Under the pieces are notes generated by a model. It ran no database searches. It was not told where the DNA came from and worked only from the letters and a program-made list of their open reading frames with translations. This document shows positions 54,096 to 64,000 of a DNA stretch of 64,000 nucleotides, one piece after another. Origin of the DNA: Octopus bimaculoides (Eukaryota); assembly GCF_001194135.2 (NCBI RefSeq), contig NC_068998.1, positions 19,065,392-19,129,391 of the forward strand. Direction: 5' to 3'. Within the stretch, counting starts at the first letter, position 1; each line of letters opens with the position of its first letter. The position numbers and the translations under genes are program-made.

Positions 54096-56629
54096 GATAG
54101 TTTATTATTGAATGCCTCATTGAATAATTGACAGCTCATAACCTCCTTTTATATACCACTGTTTACAAGACATGGTGTCACACTACATTAGAACTTAGCA
54201 CCATAGTTTTTATGGAGCTGTGTGACTAAGACATATCTCTTTCCTGGAAAAAAAATGACAATCTACTGTTACCACTTAGCCCCAAATCAATCTTGACCAA
54301 ACAGATATTATCTAAGACATCTCACACATATCTAGTCTTTTTAGGGGCATCTAAGACTTCACTATCAAATGTGTCCTTTCCTTTTTTAAAAAAAAAAAAA
54401 AAAGAATGTGATTTCTTGCAGATTAAACAACTTCTTAGAGACTCCCTTGTTGGCTAGCAGACAACTGCAGATTTTGTCATTGGAAGATCGGACTTCATCA
54501 AGCTGATAATAAATGTTAATTACACAGTGTTCTTGATATTTATGGCAGTTAAAGTACTTTCTTGGGGGATCCAGGCACACCTCTACTTCCCTAAGGTATT
54601 AAATATAAAGCTAAATAAACATGGTCAGGGTGAGTCAAATTTAGGCTAGACTTTGTGCACCATCAGTGATGAACAAAGGACTATCAACTGTTTACTATAT
54701 TAACACCCTAAAAATTTGAGACAATTTCTTTTCTACAACTGCCACTACTTATTTTATCAACCTTGAAGGACAAAACAATTTCACTAGATTTAAATCCAGT
54801 GAAATAATTTACTGAATAATTATTCAACATATTCTACACAGTCATTTCATCAACATATTCCATCTTAAGTCTGACAAACCAAGGGGTTATCATCCAATCA
54901 ACCAACCAGTTGGAAACTGCAGCCAAATTCTCTCCAATGACACATTGTCTCACAACAGGAAGCACATAATGGACAAAGTAGTTCCAGATAACAAAAAAGC
55001 AGGATGTCATAGTTGTCATAGTTGTCTCAATATGTAAAATCTGTTTCTCCCACAGATTAAAACTTGGAACTAGGGATATACATGTGAAAATATTAATGTG
55101 TTATGTTAAAAATAATTTAAGATCAATGATGTCTCCTAATCCACTAATTGTCATAGCAACAGCTCACATTTCATTTTAGTATCTGATTAAAAGCAAATAT
55201 ACTCAAGTTATGAAAGCCTGCTATGAAACCTTGTTGCATTTCCCAAACGTGAAACAGATATAAGTGACTTTCCAATGACATTAAAATAATCATAGAAAAA
55301 CACAATCAAGAAGAAATGGTAATGATTAACAATGTTTGATTGCATAGAGAAGGATGGAAAAGGGGGAAAAAAAGAAGAAAATCATTTTCATTCATTTATT
55401 CTACTTTTACAAAATATCAAGAATGTATCTCACAAATATATAGTCTGCAACCAGCAAATGTCTATTAGAAGAGTAATTCAAAATGCATAACAGGTTTACA
55501 AAGTATGTGGCAATAGAATAACTTTTTACAGTTGGATTCCATTTGTGGGTTTTTGGGGTTTTTTTTCCAAGACATTTTGTTTAAAGAAAATGAAACCATG
55601 GAGAATGTGGACAATAGTAAAAGCCATTGTTCTTCCAAAACAAGAAATATGTATGATTGATAAAAACAGAAGTGATGTGATGGCAAAATTGAGTCATGGT
55701 ATTACTAAACATGCTAAGTGTGTGAATCATACAATCTTTTTACATTAATATAATATGAATCCACCCAACATTTAACACATTTCAGTATTTTATTTGTGTT
55801 ACACTAGTATAGTTACTAAAATTGAAATTACCTAATTCCAATTTTAAAACATAACTACATTCATCTCCAAACTAATGCAAAATGTTTCACCTATTTTAAT
55901 GGCAACATTCATCAAGTCATACATCTTAATCTATGGCCTCTTGATTTAATTTTTGCTGAGAGTTTAGATAAGATTAGTTTGATTTTATCAATGTCCCATA
56001 TTTATAATGGGCAAGTGATGTAATACCAGACAGATGAAGATAAAGAAGAAAAACCAATAAATATCTTCACAAACAAGGTCAGTGACTTGCAATATAGGAG
56101 ATAATAATTACGTTATTTCTGGTATTTGTTTCAATTGTCTGTAGACAGTGTTTCCTGAGCATATATTATCTTCAGCCAAATCTGCTGCAGACAAGTATGA
56201 ATGAATTTAAAACATAATGAATTTATTTATATATTATACTAAAACATCAATTTAAGTACACTTCTATTTATTATTTCACCAACAATGCTGGTAAATAACA
56301 AAGAACAAAATTAAAATGACAAGTAATGATCTTTTTGTTTTCAATCTTCTATTAAAATCTCATCATGATTTTTTTACTAGCGTTTTAGTAACCAAATACA
56401 AGGTCAAGTGAGGTCATGTACAATATGTAACTGTATATTTTCTGTCACACTAAAATATTTAGTCAAGAATCTCCATTGGTTACAGGGTAAACAAAACTGC
56501 TGCAGATGAAATCAAAGCTTAAAAACTGATGTTTACTATTTAATTTTTCGTTCGACTTCCACATCATCATGTTTACATCCATTTTACCCACAGGTTAGAC
56601 AGATCTTTTCTGGCACAGCATCTCACCTC

Positions 56630-57480
56630 TTATTGCTGATCTTTGTCATCTCCTTTTGAGATTTTCCTTCACTTCTTCCCAGGACTTCCTCAGTCTTCCT
56701 CTTTCCTGGTTCCTTTTTACTTGGACTGCTGGTACTTCTTTACACATCTCTTGAGCATACTATATCTGGTTCTCCTCATATCCTGTTTTTCTCTCTGCTC
56801 CATTTGTGCTCTGTCATCTATGCACATCAACATTACACTCAAGTGGGAGCATACTCACCTAATTTCCTTCTGACTTTTGTATATCCCTTATAATCAATGC
56901 CCATGTCTTGCAATCAAGCAGCACAGTACTTCAGACAAATTTCATTAACCTTTTCCATCCTGTTCTCACTCTGGCTACTGTGCTTTCAGAATACTTTAAG
57001 CATTTTGAAAGAATTCCTTTATGGATGCTCTTACTGCTAACCACACTTGTGCAATGTTACAGATAAGGTCTTTCTTCTCTGTGATCTTGATGCACTTCAT
57101 GTATCGACAGGTTACATTGTGTGCGTCCCACTACTGATAATGTACATAACTATAGATTCCATTGTATTTGTGACTGTCAAAATTTTGACATGGTTTTCTT
57201 AGTAGGATGTCATCAACTACTTTGCAGCAGGAACAAGGAGAATTCTATACTACCAGCACTAAAGATGTGGTATTTCAAGATAGTTCATTTCTTGCTACTC
57301 TATTTCAGTCTTTAATTCTGAGTTTCTGCTCTCCTACATTACATCTTCATTACAGCTTGCAGAAACCATGACTACTCTGTCCAGATAAGGAGGTACCCAA
57401 ACTGTCAGGGTTATGCAAGTTGCCCAACTTCCAAAATGCATCATCACCTCTATGTCTATGAAGCTATGTCTCTCCATGTA
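56630..57480 (-). mobile_element. Old RTE LINE RT C-terminal remnant
   Basis: Broken STVARVRTGWKR / KTWAL / GTRKRKTEEVLGRS (GTRGRGRPRKSW-like) fragments. Confidence 0.65.
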
Positions 57481-59007
57481 TTAGAGGAGCATTTGTCTGA
57501 AATATATGGCAGTAAAATTGAGGTATGGATTAAAAAGGAGGATGTTTATTTCCATGTTAATAGTTTAACTCTTTAGCATTTAAACCAGCCATATCCAACC
57601 CAAATATTTTACCTGTTTTATTTTCAAATCAGCTAGATCCAGCCTCTCAGACTTACTCTACAATGTCATTCTAAAAATAAACAATCAAAATCTCAAAGCT
57701 ATGAGATAATGCAGGATTAATTCAAAACCATGTGAGCAAATAAGCATTAGATTTCACATACTTATCTGAATGCTAAAGGGTTAGACGACTGAACAAATGG
57801 CAGCAAGGCATATTTGTTATTACAGGAGGCAGGGGGGAAATATGTGAACCACCGATCTACACACAGAACTGTTTATCAGCTCTCCTCTCCAGTTTTATCA
57901 ATTTCATAAAAAACACTAAATTTCTACTGCAAACTGTTTAACATTTAACAACAATTATTTTCTAAGAGACAATTATTCCTACCAGCTCTAAACATTTACC
58001 ACTAGTTCATTATAAGGTCACCACTACATGGCTGAAAAATGATTAGGCTATACAATTTGGCGAGATCTTACAATGTGTTCTGATCATCTTAAATTTTTTC
58101 CTCCAGCAATGGATATGAGAAGTGGTGTAGATGTCTTAAGATTACTTCTATAAAATATGGTAAATTTCAACTGCATACTGTTTACTCTAACAACAATATA
58201 CAAAATGATTCAGAAGTCCCTTTACCCTTTAAATGTTATATAAATTCTTTACTTCTTTATTTTGTTACAATTTTGTTTTTAATACAACTTTTGCATTTTG
58301 TTAAGACTAGCCTTTAGTATATTGTTTTACATATTTTAGAAAAATGTCATTAGGAAAAGATAGAATATTCATTGACCCCAAAACAGCAATTTAACCCTTT
58401 AGCATTTAAACTGGCCATATCCAGCCCAAATATTCTCTCACAATTATCCATCAATGTCATTCTGCAAAGAAACAATCATATCATTGAAATCTTAAAGCTA
58501 TGAGATAATGCCTGTGCCAGCACTGGTGCCATGTGAAAAGCACCCAGTCCACTCTGTAAAGTGGTTGGCATTAGGAAAGGCATCCAGCCATAAAAACTAT
58601 ACCAAGCCAAAACAGACAGTGGAACTTGGTGCAGTCCCCTGGCTTGCCAGCTCCTGTCAAACCATCCAATCTATGCTGGCATGGAAGACAGACATTAAAT
58701 GAAGATGATGATGTTGATGACATTTGACAGAGTAATCTGAATGCTAAAGGGTGAAAGCTAATCCTGCTCAGTTGTTCAGGCATATCTAGTTCAGCCATCC
58801 AAGGTATTCTGGTGGGGAGCTAACAGTTTGACTGACAAGACTTCCCCAGAATCTTCAAGCTGTAGTAACCAATAGGAAGAGGCAATGGGGACTGGGTTAA
58901 TGAACGCAGTTCCCCCAGCTCTCTATATACTCTTGCAAACCCCCTAGCTACCCACTTCCACTCACCTCGTACTTTGAGAGGCCATCCAAACACCTTACCT
59001 CATCCTC

Positions 59008-59230
59008 ACAGGGGAGTGCTGAAAAGTTCCTGGCTTTCAGGGTATCACGGAAGGCCTGGTTGGAGGGCCAACTTTCCGAGTTCTTTTACAGGGCTCAGAA
59101 AAGCTTAAGGACCACTGCAATAAGTGTGTGAATCTGAGAGAGAGAGAGAGAGATATGTTGAATAACATTGTAACTATCCTCCTGTATTTTCTTGTGCCCA
59201 AAGCTAGGAACTTTTCAGCACCCCCTTGTA
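59008..59230. mobile_element. Mariner-type MITE
   Basis: TIRs acaggggagtgctgaaaagttcctggcttt / aaagctaggaacttttcagcacccccttgta. Confidence 0.85.
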
Positions 59231-61331
59231 TATATTTCATAGCAACTCCTCCTGGATCATTCTCACCCTCTCATTAAAACACAAGTGAACCATGCAGCTC
59301 TTCTACAAGAACCTGCTCTGTCCACCACCACCCCTACTTTCTCACTCATATTTTAACCTCTCATCTCCTAAGGGTTCATAGCTGCATAGTGACTGACTCA
59401 ATAGTGCTGGTGGCACAAAAAGTATCCAGTACACATTGTAAAATGGTTGGCATTAGGAAGGGCCATCCAATCCATGCAAATCTGGAACTTGGACATATGA
59501 TGATGATGTTACTAAATGTTAAATAATGACACTCTTATTCTCTTTGAACTCCATAAAAAGTTTGTCATCTTCAGTAGAGAAACAATAATAGACATCTTTC
59601 CAAAGAATTAATAGTAACTGCTTCCAATTTAGATGAAAAGCCAGCAATTTTGAAGGAGGGGTGGGAGATAGTTGATACCACTGACCCCAGTACTTGACTG
59701 GTACTGCATTTTATTGACCCTGGAGGAATGAAAACAAAGTCAACCTTGTCAGAACAATGATGATAACATAACATGAACTCCAATTGTGGAAAAAGATACC
59801 TAGTTAAATAACTTCTATTTGATTGGTAATTATCTTAATGACTCCAGAAGGATGAAAACAAAGCTGGCCTCTTGATATAATTACTGTAAGTGATTTTGTT
59901 TTGGTACCCTATCATCTATCTACTCCACCACCTTAAGAAATATTAATAATTTCTCAAATTGAAACAAAACTACAAATTTGTTGCAAACAGGTATAATCAA
60001 TGTAATCAATCCTATTGAAATCACTGGTATTTATCCTAACTTCATTGAAATACAAACAAATGTCAACTTCAGCAGCTTCCCAACTAAGAAAGTACAATTT
60101 CTGAAGTTAAATACTAAAATACATTTATTCTAGTTTTAGAAGTAAAAAAAAAAAATTTTAACTAAGAGAGATAGAGAGAAATGGGGAGGGCAAAGCAGAA
60201 GGGCAAAAGTAGAAAGGGGCAGTAGTAGTAGAAAGGCAAAATAAGGGAAATGGTTAAAAAAAAAAAAAAAAATAGAAAGCTCAAGATTGAAGGAAAAGGG
60301 TAGAATAAAAGGAGATAGAGACCTATCTTACTCTATTTTTCACAGAAGTGTGCAAGGTTGAATGGGTTAATTTTACTCTGTAGTATCTCTCAATCTCCTT
60401 TGTATATGTTTGGGGGGGGTTGCAAACACGGTTTTGAGGAGGAGGATATGGAGAGGTGGACACAGTCCTCAATATATATATACACTCCTTGACAGTATCA
60501 CAGAATGTGGTATACATATATTAGATATTTCTGTACCATGCTTTTGTTCCAATATTCAAGGTATTAGAACACAATGATCCTCAGCAGACTATGTTGAAAT
60601 AAAAGATGCACATACAGTTGAAGAGATAGAGTAACAATAGTTCAATTGATGAAATTTATAGCAAAGAACAAGTGACAATGACGATGTTTAAACACATGGG
60701 TCTTCTAAATATAGCTACAGAAGATAAAGGAATTCTATATTAAATTGAAACGAATAAAGGAGGTGGGTATCTATCAGAGAAGAAGTGTGGTGTTTCTAAA
60801 GAAGTTCAAGGGAGAATTATAACTAGATTCAGAGAGAGAAAAGGGAAAAGGAGATTTATAATTAAATACTGTAATAAACAGAAATTTGATTACAAAAGAA
60901 ACTACAGTTAAAAAGACGTGGAATGAGGAAGAGGCTGGTGGCATGGGAGAGGAGCTGAACTCTAAATCACAGTGAGAAAAAGCTACAGAAAATTTTAATT
61001 GTAAAGAAAAACAGAATCTAAAAGTATGGAAAAAGTGTTAAGTAGAATGCAGTCATAATCCAGAGATTGAAATTAGCTATAATACGCAAATAAGGATATT
61101 CCTGTAACTATAAATAACATATAACAATATAAAAATATTATGAATGATAGCTCAGTGTTACTGGGTCAGAAGACATGTTGCTGGCACACAAAGTTAGCAG
61201 CCGGAAAGATATGAAAGGCAGCAGGTGAGGAGGAGAGCGATGGAGAAGAAAGATGAAAAAAGAGGACAGCAGTTAAGAAATGAAAAAATTAATTTTTTAA
61301 GAAGAAAAAATTAAAAAAAAAAAAAGAATTT

Positions 61332-61679
61332 TCCCACTGCGTGGCACCTTGGGCAAATGTCTTCTACTATAGCCTCGCGCCAACCAAAGCCTTGTGAGTG
61401 GATTTGGTAGACGGAAACTGGAAGAAGTCCGTCGTATATATGTATATATATGTATATGTGTGTATATGTTTGTGTCTGTGTTTGTCCCCCCAACATCGCT
61501 TGACAACCGATGCTGGTGTGTTTACGTCCTCGTAACTTAGCGGTTCGGCAAAAAGAGATCGATAGATTAAGTACTAGGCTTCCAAAGAATAAGTCCTGGG
61601 GTCGATTTGCTCGACTAAAAGACGGTGCTCCAGCATGGCCGCAGTCAAATGACTGAAACAAGTAAAAGAGTAAAGAGTA
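61332..61679 (+). mobile_element. Family-A SINE, 5'-truncated; degenerate minus copy at ~61985-62375
   Basis: Close match to 52080-52454. Confidence 0.88.
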
Positions 61680-62377
61680 GAGTAACATACACAGAATACT
61701 GGAAATTTCTAGGATCCCAGTATTTGACTGGTACTTTATTAATCTAGGAAGGATGAAAGACTAAGTTGATCTCAGAAGGACTTGAATGCAGAATGAGAGG
61801 CCAGAGCAAATACAAGTGAAGATGAAGAAGATGGAGAAGATGAGGAAGATGCTCACATGAATTTGAGTACCTTCACGGAAGGTCACTGACTTTATGTTGC
61901 CTGATGATTGATTGGATTTTTATATCCGTCATGAAACACTTAGTAAGGATGTGTTAATGCAAACATAAATGATATGTATATATTATTTCTTTTACTTGTT
62001 TCTGTCATTGGATTGCTGCCGTGCTGGGCACTGCCTTGAAGGGATTAGTCCAAGAAATCGACCTCAGGACATATTTTCTAAAAATTGATACTTATTCTAC
62101 CAGTCTTTTACCAAACTGCAAAGTTACAGGGATGTAGACAAACCAGCACTAGTTGTCAAGTGGTGGCAGTGGACAAATACAAAAGCAGATACACACACAA
62201 ACACACACACATATATATATATATAGGTCAAGCTTCTTTCAGTTTCCATTAACCAAAAGGATTTGTTCAGTCCAAGACTACAGTATGCCCAAAATGTCAC
62301 ACAATGAGACTGAACCTGAAACCATGGGGCTAGAAGTAACCTTTTTACCATACAGCAACACAGCCACCCACACACTC

Positions 62378-62417
<40 letters not shown>

Positions 62418-62439
62418 CATGCAACAGACTAATATGTGA

Positions 62440-63500
62440 ATGAAACATGATCCCAGCCAGGAAGATGGAAAGTGATGGAATTCTACAGAAGACAAGGTCA
62501 GAAAAGCAAGCTTGTAAAAAAAGAAATAGAGGAAAGTGGGGGAAAAAAGACACAATATCAACTGATTCAGAAAGAAGTTCCAGGATCAGGTATATCTAAG
62601 AGGTTTGCTAATGTTCTACACTATAAAAATCAAAATGAGGTGATCAGAATTGCAAGGCGATCAGGTAGTGTAAATCAAGATGTTGGTGAAAAGAGTGCTT
62701 GGAATAATAGTCACACACACACTCTCACCAATGGTGAAATAAAAATGGCATGGAAACAATACTGCAAGTAGAATAAGTGGGGAAATGAGAGGTTACCTCA
62801 AGCCACTGAAAAGTAGCTATTCTCAATTTTCAGAAGGTGAGTAAATAGGAATTGTATATAGTACATATAATGTGCACAATGTGTATACAAAAAGTATGTG
62901 CAAGCCTACGGAGAAGGATTTTGATAGTTAGCTGACTTTATTAGCAATCAATTGAGTGTTGTGAAAGCATAGTAATCAAGACATGGGATAGAAAGATTCA
63001 GGTAGCTAGTACTTCTGTTTTACGACAAAGAGCTCCTTCTAAATGGAAAGTATGCTGTATGATGCTTACTTATATATGAAGTGCAATACTGCATGATAGC
63101 CAAAGATAAATAATAAGTGCAGAGGATATACAAACTGCACTGGGTATGTTGTGTTAGTAAGCATGCACAATTGAGCACAAATGTACTCAAAGAAAACTGG
63201 GCATCATAGCTATCTGTTATAAAGTGCAGAAGAGAATATCATGATGTTACAGACATATAGTGCATATGAAGAAAGATAGTTCATTTACAATATGTTAAAT
63301 TATATAAGCTGAAGGAGCCTGCAGACGAAAATAATAATAGATGACATGGGCAAAGTTAATGAGAAATAAAATCAGGTTACTGGGCTTCAGAAAGATAACA
63401 AGTAACTTCAATGAGAGAGAAAGAGAGAGATAGATAGACTGTGTTGAAAATAACATGTATGATGCAAGCCAGCATGGAAAAGTAGTCATAAAAATGATCT
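62440..63500 (+). mobile_element. Old RTE LINE ORF2 remnant
   Basis: KRFANVLHYKNQNEVIRIARR..SVNQDVGEK...EIKMAWKQY resembles the RTE linker between APE and RT; many stops. Confidence 0.6.
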
Positions 63501-64000
63501 GGATGATGACATATTTGTAGATCCATCCAATCTATGCGGTCATAAAAAAAGAAATGAATATAAAATGTAAACAGCAGGAGGTTGAGATACAATGAAAATT
63601 TTCTAGTTCATTGCTGAAAAATATAAAAAGTGATAGGAAGGGAGGAGACTTGTTACCTGGCCATGACCCAAACAGAACACAAATTGCATGACGACTGATG
63701 ACAAGTCATTTTTGTTTTTGCTTTTCTTTTTTATTGTTTTAACATTTGTCAGTTGAGTTTGCTAATCTTTTGTGTAAAATAAATACTTGCCTTTTGTCTG
63801 TGCCTATTAAAAAAGAAACTTGAAAGAAACCCATAAAGTAACCTGTTTTTAAGACTAAGTATAGCAATCTATTTCTGTCTACTTATTTATGTCAGTTTGA
63901 CTAAATATGCTTCTTTAATCTCAGCATTCAGAGCACTAAGTCAACTAACACTTAAAAATTTGAGGACATTATCAGTGTGACAGAAATACCACTCCATGAC

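Noticed and set aside
56000-56040. Minus-strand GITS peptide resembling DPP9 GITSYDF
   Set aside because: The flanking residues (VFLLYLHLS...LAHY) do not match and there is no RERKR upstream; it is a chance match.
56112-56184. Possible upstream DPP9 exon (ADLAEDNICSGNTVYRQLKQIPEIT) with AG/GT ends
   Set aside because: It has no similarity to DPP8/9, and its phase-2 end is incompatible with the phase-0 start of exon 53530-53701.

Overview
This is AT-rich, microsatellite-dense eukaryotic DNA from a draft assembly with 8 N-gaps. The SINE/LINE/MITE repertoire points to a coleoid cephalopod, most likely Octopus; this is an inference. One host gene is visible: a dipeptidyl peptidase 8/9 (DPP9-like, S9B family) gene on the minus strand. 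I traced 18 GT-AG exons from 53701 down to the TGA at 22760. They join in frame to 678 codons plus the stop and carry the EE motif, the YGGP Tyr and the Ser/Asp/His triad. The N-terminal exons were not found and probably lie beyond 64000. Positions 1-19 kb are intergenic and retain CpG. They hold an old tandem duplication, a Ty3/gypsy remnant nested in an RLE-type LINE, a probable solo LTR, a mariner, a CRE-like remnant and several RFX X-box-like motifs. The DPP9 introns are CpG-depleted and filled with three tRNA-derived SINE families, RTE LINE ends, Tc1/mariner, hAT and piggyBac-type MITEs, and two Penelope-type palindromes with degenerate hammerhead-ribozyme cores. I found no clear new multi-gene system. 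The best leads are candidate restorative A-to-I recoding sites in DPP9, long intronic dsRNA structures next to its exons, a CpG-decay boundary at the gene's 3' end, and orphan X-box promoter modules.
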